From the IMG/VR virus record IMGVR_UViG_3300029319_007471, positions 1-54,471 of that record: 54,471 nucleotides of DNA; one strand, given 5' to 3'. Each line of letters begins with the position of its first letter. The stretch's first letter is position 1. This DNA is from a virus (Duplodnaviria > Caudoviricetes). Under the pieces are notes generated by a model. It was given only the letters and a program-made list of their open reading frames with translations, was not told the DNA's origin and did no database searches. Both the position numbers and the translations under genes were made by a program. Of the stretch, positions 40,194 through 50,243 are shown piece after piece.

Positions 40194-40941
40194 TAATTAC
40201 CTCAATTTTTTGTATTTCTGCTGTTGAGTTTGCTTCCTTTGGATAAGGAAATAACTTATGTTTTAGACTTTTCATAAACACCTTATTCTCTCTTTTATTA
40301 CCAAGAAAATAAATGTATCGATGTTTTTCAGCTTCTTTTTTTAACCAGAATGTATGTCCTATTTGTTTCTTTAAATGCTCGACATTACTACTACCATATC
40401 TACTATAAACGTTGCGAGAATGCATCCATTCACCATCTTCCTCAAGCCTCAGAGCATAAGTGGGAGCAGCTTGAAAAGCACCCTGCCCTTGATACAACCA
40501 ATTAGTAGCTTGATAAATAAAGCCTGAGTGATTCTGTTCTGGATCGGCGTATGATATCAACACCTTAACATCTGGCGCATATTTCTTCAACCATTTAAAA
40601 GATTGTGATATAGCGTAAGATTCTATGTTAGAACCAAAACCATTTTTTACACATAACCTCGTTAACTCAAGTATGTTTCTGTTTCCAATTATATCTTCAT
40701 TGAATATAGAACCGACAACCCTTCTACCTTTTGGAAAACCATAGGTTAGAGTGCCTATGAGGTGTTCTTCGGTATCGTCAAAGAATTTGTGTTGATTATC
40801 AGTTTTATAATATAAACCTAAAGCATATCTACAAGAAGATAACTTACCACTATAGTGATATTTAGATACTATTTTAGCGGATACCTTTTTAGGAATTCTA
40901 TCAAGCGATACACGAGATGTATCAACATACTCTTTATTCAT
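40177..40941 (-). CDS. Mom-like (GNAT) DNA-modification protein
   Basis: KYHYSG, ELTRL, LISYADPEQNHSGFIYQATNWLYQG, KHRYIYFL, PYPK; start moved to 40941. Confidence 0.8.
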   Translation of the reverse strand: MNKEYVDTSRVSLDRIPKKVSAKIVSKYHYSGKLSSCRYALGLYYKTDNQHKFFDDTEEHLIGTLTYGFPKGRRVVGSIFNEDIIGNRNILELTRLCVKNGFGSNIESYAISQSFKWLKKYAPDVKVLISYADPEQNHSGFIYQATNWLYQGQGAFQAAPTYALRLEEDGEWMHSRNVYSRYGSSNVEHLKKQIGHTFWLKKEAEKHRYIYFLGNKRENKVFMKSLKHKLFPYPKEANSTAEIQKIEVINESFN

Positions 40942-40946
40942 AACTG

Positions 40947-40976
40947 AATATAATAAAAAAAGCCAATATAAGTCAA
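40947..40976 (-). promoter_or_regulatory. Sigma70-type promoter, probably giving a leaderless transcript for the Mom-like gene
   Basis: A-tract-GGC-TTGACT-18 nt-TATATT, then 5 nt to the ATG, with no RBS. Confidence 0.65.
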
Positions 40977-40985
40977 GCCTTTTTT

Positions 40986-41705
40986 TTAATCTACGGTGGT
41001 TGTTGCTACTAACCAATAAGTGACATCATAGTCGTCAACTTTAAAATTGATTCTACCCAATCCTTGCGAACTAATTTCTAAAGTAGCTGATTCACATTCA
41101 CCATTTGCGGTTAACACATCAGAGAATAAATTAGCGTTAAAAGATACGTTCTCAATATCAACATAATTTTCGGACTCAGCTGGAATTGTAACTCTATTAG
41201 TATTGATTGAAGAATAACCAATGACAATCTTTACAGACTCACCATCTGACAATACAGTAAAGCTATCAGTTTCAGATAAAGCTTTTTTACCTGCGATGAA
41301 TTTTTTAATAAACGTACTATCAACCTTTAATCTGAGTTCGAACTCAGGAACGTTTTTTAGTTGTGGTGGTTTATTAATAACCGATAAATCAGATAACATA
41401 TAGTTAACTGATGCGTTGTCATCTTTTACTTTTAGTGCTACAGATTTTCCATTTGATGATGATAAGTCAATTGTGATATCTTCTCCTAAAACGCTTAGAA
41501 GTTTTGTTAATTGTTCGGTATCATAAACACCCAACTCAGAATTGTCAAACTTCCAATTCTTCATTTTAAGTTCACCAAGTAATGATTTATCGCCAGACAT
41601 AAATCTGGTTTCTAAATTGTTATCATTAGTTGTAAGAACAACAGAATTAACATTACCACCTAAATGGTATTTTTCAATGAATCTATTTAACTTAGATTTT
41701 TGCAT
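40986..41705 (-). CDS. gp45: Sliding clamp (gp45-like)
   Basis: LGVYDTEQLTKLLS; C-terminal VTYWLVA; 239 aa between polymerase and clamp loader. Confidence 0.8.
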   Translation of the reverse strand: MQKSKLNRFIEKYHLGGNVNSVVLTTNDNNLETRFMSGDKSLLGELKMKNWKFDNSELGVYDTEQLTKLLSVLGEDITIDLSSSNGKSVALKVKDDNASVNYMLSDLSVINKPPQLKNVPEFELRLKVDSTFIKKFIAGKKALSETDSFTVLSDGESVKIVIGYSSINTNRVTIPAESENYVDIENVSFNANLFSDVLTANGECESATLEISSQGLGRINFKVDDYDVTYWLVATTTVD

Positions 41706-41784
41706 TATAACTTTCTCCTATTGATTTATTTATTATAACCTTTTTAATAACTATTATACAAATTATTCAAAATAAAAACTTTTT

Positions 41785-44289
41785 TTAAAAAAACCTCTCC
41801 ATTGAGTTTTGTTTATCAACAACCTCGCCCCAACCTAATGCTTCATAAAACATATCGAGTTTTTTCTTCAAAGCAGTATTGAATATTTTATCATAGTCTA
41901 TATATTTTTGTATGAACTCAAGTATCTGTGGAGGGTCTTCGTGTCCCTTATATGCCACAACATCTATACCTATTGGATTTTGTTTTAAATATACCCACTT
42001 TATTTTATCACCAGCTGATATAAATTGATACTTTTTTTGCTGTTTGAAATATTTCATAAGGTCATTATAGAACAAAGCTGACTTCACATGCACAGGTGTT
42101 CCTTTATGATAAGATGTCAAAATAGAACTACTCTCATCATCATTGATAAACTTCTTTATATTTTTTACACCCGTTGGCATTGAGATAGAATCATAATTAG
42201 CTTTTTTCATTCTACTTTTAAAAGCCACAACCTTATCATCAATTTTATCTTTCGGCACATCCATCAAAATATCATCCAACATAATTTCTAAAAATTTTCT
42301 CATCGCCGCTGGAAAGTTTGACCTAACGGTATCAATACCTTTTACCAACATCTTATTTACTTTGACGCCATTATCATTGATAATCTTCATACCATATCTT
42401 TTTTTAGTAATAAACAAACCTGACTTTGCAATAACTTCCTGCTTTATCTGAAAAAAGTGTTCATCAATGTTACAAAACTTTTTAGCAAAATAATTGTAGG
42501 AGTTATTTAGATAGGTTTGAACCTCAGAGGCTATCTCTAAGATTCTTTGTGTCATCATAACATCGCTTAAATCTGAATTAGGGAATCTTTTTTTGACCAA
42601 TGGTATAGCCGAATAAAATACAGAATCAGTATCGATATAGATACAATAATCTTTATTGTCACTTAACTCTTTATTGTAAAAGTTATTGGCTATGGTTTTT
42701 GTAAACTTAATCAACGATTGGCCTGTAAGTGTCGTAGCTTCGGCGTTATCGACATCATAAAATCTAAATACAGGCAAACCCAAAACACCATACATAGAAT
42801 TTAATAGAATTTTCTGTAGATGTTGTCTACGATTAAAGTAACCATATTTTTCATCATTACCATCCTCAGCAAACTTTTTAGCTAACTTTCTATATTCAAC
42901 CCTTTCATCAAACCACTTTGTTAACAAAGAGGGAATTAAACCTTTTTTATCGGTTCTATACATAACACCATTATCAGCCACCGAACATTTTGATTTATTG
43001 AGAAAGTCAGCTAACTCTGTTTCCGTAAACCTACCAAGCTCTTTTCCGTTGTTTGTTATCGTATAGGTCTTCTGTGTTTTTTTTATAAACTCTTTTGAAT
43101 CCCAACCTGTAATTTTACCAATCTTAGTTTCGGGCGATATATTTAAAGACCTAATGGTAGATGGGTACATAGAGGTTATATCCAAATCATAAACCCAATT
43201 ATGTTTACCCTTTTGTGGTTCTTGAACAAAAGCACCGGCGAACTTATCATCATTACCCAAAAGTTTTCTATTACCGATATTTTTGTTTGGAGCCACAATA
43301 CCTAATTTTTTAAGGTAAACCAATATAGCACCCTCTAAATATCGAGATGACATAAACACATCCTCATAAGGACAATGACCCATATGACATATACCCCTAG
43401 CTATATCAATATGGTCTAACTTTTTATCTAACTTTGATATCAACTTAACGTCCTGCAAATTATACTCTATGAATTTATCTATTTCATTTTCATACAAATC
43501 ATTTAAAGTACCATCATAACTTATCTTTTTTTCACCCAATTCATAGTTAGCGATATCATCCAATCTATAAGACGAACGTTGACTAAATGTAAATGTTTTG
43601 TAAAGATGTAGATAGTCTAAAGATGATACACCAGCTATTCTAAAGCTCTTTTTGAAATTACTCCATCTAACAATCTTAATAGGTGATAAAGCATTAGCTA
43701 CATCCTGACCGACAACTACGCAAGCTCTGTTGTACAAATAAGGTATATCAAAATTTTCAATATTCCAACCGCTTAATATTGTGGGTTGAATCTCCATATA
43801 TTTTATAAAGAACTTATTTAGTAAATTATATTCTGAGTCGAAAGATACAATTGTTTCATTATTAACCTTACTATCCTTAACGCGATTTCTCTCATCCAAT
43901 ACATAACAATAATATTCATCCATCAAAGCATCATAAAAAGCTATTGATGTTATTTTATTCTCAGCTTTTTCAACCGAAGGAAATCCATCAGTAACCTCAA
44001 CCTCAATATCAAAATATAATCTTTTATGACCTGTGGATGGTTCATCGGAATCAGTATAGGTGTCAACTAATGTTCTAATCTCTGCATTGACATCACTTTC
44101 GAATAGTCCCCTTTGGTCATCATCCCACCTAAATATCTTTTTCACCTTATCACCATATAGAGATACACTCTGCCCATAGGAGTCTTTTACATAAGCATAC
44201 TTTTTATATTGTATAACTCTGTAACCGCTTGTGTCATCCCAAAGATGTATTTTTTTAGTCATGTTGTCAAAAAATATATTTTGATACAT
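41785..44289 (-). CDS. gp43: Family B DNA polymerase (gp43-like)
   Basis: FDIEV exonuclease motif, GWNIENFDIPY, DITSMYPS, KILLNSMYG, YIDTDS, KKRY. Confidence 0.97.
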   Translation of the reverse strand: MYQNIFFDNMTKKIHLWDDTSGYRVIQYKKYAYVKDSYGQSVSLYGDKVKKIFRWDDDQRGLFESDVNAEIRTLVDTYTDSDEPSTGHKRLYFDIEVEVTDGFPSVEKAENKITSIAFYDALMDEYYCYVLDERNRVKDSKVNNETIVSFDSEYNLLNKFFIKYMEIQPTILSGWNIENFDIPYLYNRACVVVGQDVANALSPIKIVRWSNFKKSFRIAGVSSLDYLHLYKTFTFSQRSSYRLDDIANYELGEKKISYDGTLNDLYENEIDKFIEYNLQDVKLISKLDKKLDHIDIARGICHMGHCPYEDVFMSSRYLEGAILVYLKKLGIVAPNKNIGNRKLLGNDDKFAGAFVQEPQKGKHNWVYDLDITSMYPSTIRSLNISPETKIGKITGWDSKEFIKKTQKTYTITNNGKELGRFTETELADFLNKSKCSVADNGVMYRTDKKGLIPSLLTKWFDERVEYRKLAKKFAEDGNDEKYGYFNRRQHLQKILLNSMYGVLGLPVFRFYDVDNAEATTLTGQSLIKFTKTIANNFYNKELSDNKDYCIYIDTDSVFYSAIPLVKKRFPNSDLSDVMMTQRILEIASEVQTYLNNSYNYFAKKFCNIDEHFFQIKQEVIAKSGLFITKKRYGMKIINDNGVKVNKMLVKGIDTVRSNFPAAMRKFLEIMLDDILMDVPKDKIDDKVVAFKSRMKKANYDSISMPTGVKNIKKFINDDESSSILTSYHKGTPVHVKSALFYNDLMKYFKQQKKYQFISAGDKIKWVYLKQNPIGIDVVAYKGHEDPPQILEFIQKYIDYDKIFNTALKKKLDMFYEALGWGEVVDKQNSMERFF

Positions 44290-45005
44290 TAAAATATAGA
44301 GCCTGTATTTACAGTATTTAAATCACCTGTTGTAAAGAACTCCTTTTGCATCTCACTTATATATTTTTTCATCACATTGATAACCCTCGTAATATGTTGT
44401 GTATTAGAACCTGTCATTTCTCTAATCAATATATACAAAGCCTTTTTGTTGAAGTTTTCTATATTTTGTCTTCTACGAAATAACTCTAAAACAGAATCAG
44501 CCACTCTGATATCTTTTTTTCTTTTAAAAACATTATTTAAATTATTATCCCAATAATTTAACATAAGTTCTGTAAATTCTGAATTGGCTTCAGCGTTTTC
44601 TACCTGCGAGCTCTCAGAACTCAAACTTCTCTTAAAATCTAAAACGTCTAACTTTTCGTGTTGTTTCATTTTTTTATAGTTGTTATTGTTATGTAAAATC
44701 AGATAATTTTTAGCAACAATACTAAAGTAGGAAAATGCTTTACCCTTACCAGCTTTAAATTTGTGCATATTCATAACTAAAAAAGAAACAACCTCATGCT
44801 TAACATCCTCTGATGGAACATCAAAATAATAAAATTTAAACGTATGAATAATATTCTCAGCTAGTTTTTGAAAGGGATACTCAATATGTTCCTGATATAT
44901 TTTATTTCGTAAAATCTCATTATCAGAATTGTTGTATCTGATAATAGCCCTTTCGGTACTCTCCGTAAAATATTGTTTACTCTTTTTCTTTTTAGTTCGT
45001 GGCAT
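44289..45005 (-). CDS. gp55: Late sigma factor (gp55-like)
   Basis: KGKAFSYFSIVAKNY region-2-like motif; KLAENII...F.YF. Confidence 0.6.
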   Translation of the reverse strand: MPRTKKKKSKQYFTESTERAIIRYNNSDNEILRNKIYQEHIEYPFQKLAENIIHTFKFYYFDVPSEDVKHEVVSFLVMNMHKFKAGKGKAFSYFSIVAKNYLILHNNNNYKKMKQHEKLDVLDFKRSLSSESSQVENAEANSEFTELMLNYWDNNLNNVFKRKKDIRVADSVLELFRRRQNIENFNKKALYILIREMTGSNTQHITRVINVMKKYISEMQKEFFTTGDLNTVNTGSIF

Positions 45006-45264
45006 CTACATCTTCTCCTTTTAGTTCATCTAACGTATTTACTATTTCTTTTATTTGTTCAAATATTGTACCAATCTCATCATCGGCTTCAAAGTGACCC
45101 GAATCATCAATGGTCTTTAAATCAAATTGTATTCTATCTATTTTTTGTTGGAACTCCTCAACCCAATCCTCTAACATTTCGGTTTTTGTCATTAGATTCC
45201 AAATGACATATCCCATAACCAAAGTTAGGGTCAACAATATTCCTGACATTATTTCAATTACCAT
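44992..45264 (-). CDS. Small membrane-anchored protein
   Basis: N-terminal transmembrane helix, coiled coil, FEADDEIG. Confidence 0.6.
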   Translation of the reverse strand: MVIEIMSGILLTLTLVMGYVIWNLMTKTEMLEDWVEEFQQKIDRIQFDLKTIDDSGHFEADDEIGTIFEQIKEIVNTLDELKGEDVDATN

Positions 45265-45266
45265 AA

Positions 45267-46052
45267 TTAATCTCCAAATAATTCACTAAATAAATCTTGT
45301 GCATTGGTGGGTTTTTCCTCTTTCTTTTCAACAACAACCTCTTCTTTTTTTACAACCGCTTTTACAATATTGTTTACACGTTGTTTGGTTTCCTCATCCT
45401 GCACAACCTCACTATATTTCCATTGGTCGTACTCTATATGAGTAGCCATCATATCAGCCTGATGTAAAATATAAGCTATGTTGGATTTCAATGCCCAATC
45501 AGGATTGTAAGATATGTAGTAAGATTTATTAGCTTCCTCATACAAACCATCGGTTAGTCTTAAACCAAGATATTCATTTTCTGTCATAGTGACACCAAAC
45601 TGATTTAATAAAAATATAGCTCTATCGGTAACCGACATATAAGATAAATCACCATTATGTGTGAATATCTCACCACGATTTTTTCTATGCCATTCAGAAT
45701 CCTGTGGAACATAATAATCATTATTCATATCTCCAACCTTACCTAAGTCGTGATGCATAGCCGCAAATATTAATTCTTCATCACTAAAATCAATTCTAGC
45801 TCCATCATTTGTCCATAACTCCTTTATCTTTAGAGAACAATCTATGACATGCAACACATGCTCCACATAACCACCGATATGTGCGTTGTGATAATGTTCT
45901 TTACCACTAGCGGGCGCCATACACATCCTATCCTCAAAATAATCATACATTTTATTCAACTTCTCTAAACGTTCACCTTCGAAAGTTTCGGAAATTAAGT
46001 CACGTAATTTAACCCAATTTTCTTGGATTTGTTCTGCTTTCAACTCTTTCAT
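45267..46052 (-). CDS. HD-domain phosphohydrolase (YhaM-like)
   Basis: APAS...HNAHIGGYVEH, AMHHDLGK, LHQADM. Confidence 0.85.
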   Translation of the reverse strand: MKELKAEQIQENWVKLRDLISETFEGERLEKLNKMYDYFEDRMCMAPASGKEHYHNAHIGGYVEHVLHVIDCSLKIKELWTNDGARIDFSDEELIFAAMHHDLGKVGDMNNDYYVPQDSEWHRKNRGEIFTHNGDLSYMSVTDRAIFLLNQFGVTMTENEYLGLRLTDGLYEEANKSYYISYNPDWALKSNIAYILHQADMMATHIEYDQWKYSEVVQDEETKQRVNNIVKAVVKKEEVVVEKKEEKPTNAQDLFSELFGD

Positions 46053-46711
46053 TTACTATTCCTCCAATTAAAAAATTCATTATTATCTCTATTATCAATT
46101 ATCAATTTATGTAAATCTGAATATAATACGTGGTCTGGATTTATAGTCTCACTCCACTCATAACTGTCCCACTTACCACTTTCTGTGGGTTTATCGTAAT
46201 CTAAATGATTACTGATTATTACTTTTACACCAGCGTTAAGTAATAATGGAATGTATTTACTATTACCACTAACGAAAATACCCTTTTCGTCTTTTGTAAC
46301 AACATATAAAGGGAAAGGCCAGTTTTCCCCATGCCAAACGGTTGCGTACACCGCGCTATCTGATAAGGCGCCTTTTGAAGAGATAACGGCGACAACATCA
46401 TTTGACGGTGACAAAACAACTAAATCAACGTCAGGAAATACACCATTAATTAATAGTTGGTCGAAGGCTTTTTTGGGAAGCCCTTTACCATTTTTATCAT
46501 AATATCCAACGTTTCCATTATTCTTATGTTTTTTACCCCAATATAGTGAGTAACCTTTAAAACCATTAATTAGACCAGCTACTCTATCACAAATTCCAAG
46601 CTCTAACTCTTGTCCTCTTTTATGTTGATTACGATAAATTTCAGCCATAGTTTCATTATCAATCTTATCATTATCAACATAACCTTTTGGTTTTTTAGCA
46701 TCTACAGCCAT
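46049..46711 (-). CDS. Hypothetical protein, possible restriction-endonuclease-like PD-(D/E)XK nuclease
   Basis: RGQELE, FPDVDLVV...AVISSKGAL pattern. Confidence 0.4.
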   Translation of the reverse strand: MAVDAKKPKGYVDNDKIDNETMAEIYRNQHKRGQELELGICDRVAGLINGFKGYSLYWGKKHKNNGNVGYYDKNGKGLPKKAFDQLLINGVFPDVDLVVLSPSNDVVAVISSKGALSDSAVYATVWHGENWPFPLYVVTKDEKGIFVSGNSKYIPLLLNAGVKVIISNHLDYDKPTESGKWDSYEWSETINPDHVLYSDLHKLIIDNRDNNEFFNWRNSK

Positions 46712-48054
46712 TATATAACCTCATATCTATTCTTTGTGAATCTTATGTTCGATTCTGTTCTTAACTTATTTCTATACGGATTGAATGCTATTCTAACACC
46801 CCAACCCATATAATCTAATATTTCTTTTTTTGTAACCGATTTCTTTTTACTGATGAATTCTAATATCTTTCCATAGGATTCGCTTTTGTCTCCTATCATA
46901 GAAAATTCATTAGGATTTAAAAAGTTCCAATTATCAAACCATTTTAAAACTCTTTTGTTCCACGGAAACTCTTTTATCTTTGTATCTAAATATTTTTTAG
47001 CGTTCTCAACACTACCATCGTCATCTAAAGCACCATTAATTTTATTTAAGAAATCCTCTTTATTATCATATAATAATGGATAATCACTCCCAACCATCTC
47101 TGGATAACATAACTTATTAGGTAAAATATATGGGACACCCATGCTCAAAGAATCTGTTGTTGATATTGACCAAGCTGAATATTTTTGAAACGTACCAACA
47201 CCTATGTGCATTGAACGAATAAAGTCTAAGTATTCATTTCTATCACTTATTTTCATTCTTTTAGCATATGGTTTATCTAAGTCGGCTAGTGTTGTGTAGA
47301 CTTTGAAATCTTGTCGTCGATTCCATAACTCATCCATTCTTTCTATAAACCAACTCCAACCTGTATAGTAATTATCCCTATGATTGAATATGATTGTTTT
47401 CTTTTTAGTCGGAACCTTAACCTTATTTATTTTATCAATACCTAAATAATGTGGTTTTATAATACTTTCCAACTGGTTTACATATTGGTGATTAAAAACT
47501 TTTTTAGCTTCTTTCAATACCAACTCTTTTAACCAAACGCTATTGACACCACACTCTTCCATTCTCAACATACCGTTAAAATTGTGTAAGAGCATCCTCT
47601 CACTATAATTTGTATTTTCATCTACCTCATACCAATGACAATATCCAACAAACTTTGGGTCAATGTTTGTATCATTCACAAAAAGGTTTTTTAATTGTAA
47701 AGTATGTTCTGGCAGGTGTGAATACACAACATCGTAATCTGTGTATTTCCATCTTATATTTGATTTAATTTCATTGTAATTAAAATGACATCTCATAGCA
47801 TTTGGATAAGATGGTAGATTGATTGGTATCTGTGTTGTGTTATCAAACGTCAAACTCTTAATGTCCATAGGTGACATTATAGTCCAATGAATATCATCAC
47901 GCACTTTGTTAAGTTCTTTTATTACATTTCGTAAAACTACGACATAGGAATCTTTCTCTAAATCTCTCATATACGTTATATTAGGGTATACAAGAATTTT
48001 ATATTTATATTCTTTGTCGTTGTCTACATCTTTTGTGAAATCAAATATATTCAA
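46711..48054 (-). CDS. GT-B glycosyltransferase, possibly acting on DNA
   Basis: YDVVYSHLPEH, IIFNHR, WSISTTDSLSMGVPYILP...YPEM; TTG start abutting the DUF4338 gene. Confidence 0.7.
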   Translation of the reverse strand: MNIFDFTKDVDNDKEYKYKILVYPNITYMRDLEKDSYVVVLRNVIKELNKVRDDIHWTIMSPMDIKSLTFDNTTQIPINLPSYPNAMRCHFNYNEIKSNIRWKYTDYDVVYSHLPEHTLQLKNLFVNDTNIDPKFVGYCHWYEVDENTNYSERMLLHNFNGMLRMEECGVNSVWLKELVLKEAKKVFNHQYVNQLESIIKPHYLGIDKINKVKVPTKKKTIIFNHRDNYYTGWSWFIERMDELWNRRQDFKVYTTLADLDKPYAKRMKISDRNEYLDFIRSMHIGVGTFQKYSAWSISTTDSLSMGVPYILPNKLCYPEMVGSDYPLLYDNKEDFLNKINGALDDDGSVENAKKYLDTKIKEFPWNKRVLKWFDNWNFLNPNEFSMIGDKSESYGKILEFISKKKSVTKKEILDYMGWGVRIAFNPYRNKLRTESNIRFTKNRYEVI

Positions 48055-49248
48055 TTATCTACCTACTTCTCCCAAGTATTTAGCTTTTGTCTCATCCCAA
48101 GTAGTGTTCAATACATCAGCGTAAAACAACTTCTCCGGCTTAATCTTATTTTCATCCAATAACTTTGAGTATCTTCTAATAGCCTTTGGTTTCCACCAAT
48201 TGTTGATGTAATCCATATCCTCAACATATTTCTTTTTCATAACCAAATCTTTCTCATCAATTTCATTTCTCAAAAATAGTTTACCATTCTCATACATATC
48301 GGCATAATAAATACCCCTTTGAAATCCATGCTCAAAGTCTTTTAACTTTAATCCCAACTCATCATAAATCATTTTGATTATCTTTTGCTTAACGCCTGTA
48401 ACTGGCCCTGCCACACCACTCTTTTGTGTTGTCTCTCTGAGATATCTCTCTGATTTATTTTCCTTAACCCAATCATGCCAAACATCATATGATGAATCAT
48501 CTGGCTTCAAACTTATTCTACCTGATGATTCTCCTAAGGTTTTCCAATGTGGGATTCCATTGTACATCGAATGTATGCCATACAATGATGTGGTGGATAA
48601 TCCAACTAAGGTTTGATTATACAACTTTTTCCACATATCTCTAACTACCGAAGAGGTGACCATAGCTGCTACCAACTTACCACCTAAAAAATTAAAACCT
48701 AAAGGTTGGACACAACAAATGGTTGTGCCGATTGACGTATGATTCAACTTACCATCTTTGAATTTATTATCTTTTGTCCATCCTATAAATGAATCTCTGG
48801 CTCCTAATGAGGTAACATCGGAACCTAAACAGATTAAACCTAAAACCTTATTTGTATTCTTATCCTTAACATAGAACTTAATGTTTCTACCTGGATTTGC
48901 TGTGAACTCCATAGTGTGGATTAATCTTCTGAGTAATGTCCAATTCTCACTATCTTTAGGATTACCCTGCTCCACAGTTTCTACAATTGGATTTAAAGAC
49001 TCTATCTCACTAATTGTTTGTTCTTTGTTATAGATATCTTTAGGCACCCAAATAGATTTTTCTAATCCATCAAATTTAGATGCCTTTTGTAACATTGAAT
49101 AAGAGTCTTTGTTAAACTCTTCCCATTTTTTATATAATGTAATTTCCTGCACCGACATAGACTTTAGGAAATTTAAATTTTCTATAAACTTTTTTTTCTC
49201 CGATTCGTAATCGAATTTTGGTTCATCAAAAAAATTATCAAACGACAT
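48055..49248 (-). CDS. DUF4338 / DruA-like protein
   Basis: PGRNIKFYVKD, LGLICLGSD...RDSFIGW, QPLGFNFLGGKLVA, TTSLYG...SMYN. Confidence 0.75.
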   Translation of the reverse strand: MSFDNFFDEPKFDYESEKKKFIENLNFLKSMSVQEITLYKKWEEFNKDSYSMLQKASKFDGLEKSIWVPKDIYNKEQTISEIESLNPIVETVEQGNPKDSENWTLLRRLIHTMEFTANPGRNIKFYVKDKNTNKVLGLICLGSDVTSLGARDSFIGWTKDNKFKDGKLNHTSIGTTICCVQPLGFNFLGGKLVAAMVTSSVVRDMWKKLYNQTLVGLSTTSLYGIHSMYNGIPHWKTLGESSGRISLKPDDSSYDVWHDWVKENKSERYLRETTQKSGVAGPVTGVKQKIIKMIYDELGLKLKDFEHGFQRGIYYADMYENGKLFLRNEIDEKDLVMKKKYVEDMDYINNWWKPKAIRRYSKLLDENKIKPEKLFYADVLNTTWDETKAKYLGEVGR

Positions 49249-49265
49249 ATAACCTCTTTTTATTT

Positions 49266-49775
49266 TTAATCATTCATTACCCAACTCGTCTTATAAATGT
49301 GAGCGCCGGTAAATTTGTATGGTTTAACATCGGTTGACTCTAAAATATCAACATAATTTACATACTTCGGGTTCATAGTGTCCCTAACCTGATACACACC
49401 ATCTTTTTTATTCGTTCCTTTTATAAGAATGAAATCACCATAATTAAAAGGCCCACCCCATCTTGATAATAGATTTCGTGATAGTGCTACAAATTTATAA
49501 TCGGAAGCCCTACTTATACGAATACGAGTACCATCCGCAGTTACGTTTGGTGTATTATCTGTTTGTCTGACGACAGGTTGATACATTGTAACATCAACCT
49601 CAATTCCATATTTGTAAAATTCATTTAATTGTGAATTCAAATCATCGTTTTTTGATATCAAATCATCTATTTGATTTGCATAAAATTTATGATTGCTTTT
49701 TATGATATTAGTAGAAAAAAATCCATTCACTAATAATACTGATATCAACAATGCTAAAAATGTCTGTTTTCTCAA
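49266..49775 (-). CDS. 3D-domain (three-Asp) peptidoglycan-active protein with signal anchor
   Basis: VTMYQP...QTD...TADG, VALSRNL, VRDTMN, VDIL. Confidence 0.75.
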   Translation of the reverse strand: MRKQTFLALLISVLLVNGFFSTNIIKSNHKFYANQIDDLISKNDDLNSQLNEFYKYGIEVDVTMYQPVVRQTDNTPNVTADGTRIRISRASDYKFVALSRNLLSRWGGPFNYGDFILIKGTNKKDGVYQVRDTMNPKYVNYVDILESTDVKPYKFTGAHIYKTSWVMND

Positions 49776-49801
49776 AATAAATTCTCCATTTGTTAACTAT
49801 A

Positions 49802-49830
49802 AATATACGACTTTTATTTGGTAAAGTCAA
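49802..49830 (-). promoter_or_regulatory. Sigma70-type promoter
   Basis: A7-GGC-TTGACT-17 nt-TATATT. Confidence 0.7.
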
Positions 49831-49841
49831 GCCTTTTTTTG

Positions 49842-50243
49842 TGGAGCTGGTGGGATTCGAACCCACGTCCAGTTTGCCCGTGATAAATAGTCATTCACAA
49901 CTTAGTTAGGTTCCAAATTCGGTAGTCACCTACAACCCACCACGGTCAGTTTACAGATTGACAACTGGTAGGGTTTATTGTCTCCCTACATTGACGATCC
50001 TGTCTAACTTATTTTATGACCGAGTGTTAGACAACTCAGTATCCTATGCAGCGTATGCGTAGGATGGTTGAAAGTCAGAAACAAAATTATCAAATCCCAT
50101 TTCCGAATTGGCTAGATGCCAATCAATTTCCAACCCTTCAAGCGATTTATCGCCATTTGAGTTATGAGTCTTTTTTCGCGAGACCTACTCAATCTCTGTT
50201 GCACTATCTTATCAAAAAACACCTGTCGATACCGTTCAGCCCC
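49842..50243 (-). ncRNA. ssrA: tmRNA (402 nt); predicted tag frame 50154-50044
   Basis: 5' GGGGCTG...TCGAC and 3' GTGGG-TTCGAAT-CCCAC-CAGCTCC-A, with a G3-U pair; PK1 GAGA/TCTC plus TGAGT/ACTCA; tag ends YAYAA* inside an ATCCTA...TAGGAT hairpin; CCA not fully encoded. Confidence 0.95.

Noticed and set aside
41785-44289. Intein or intron in the DNA polymerase
   Set aside because: Continuous 834-aa ORF of normal size with no intein or homing-endonuclease motifs.
46225-46419. 64-aa minus-strand ORF nested in 46049-46711
   Set aside because: Alternate-frame overlap with no RBS or recognisable motif.
48055-49248. Complete Druantia defence system
   Set aside because: Only a DUF4338 domain is present; no DruE-type helicase or other Dru genes.
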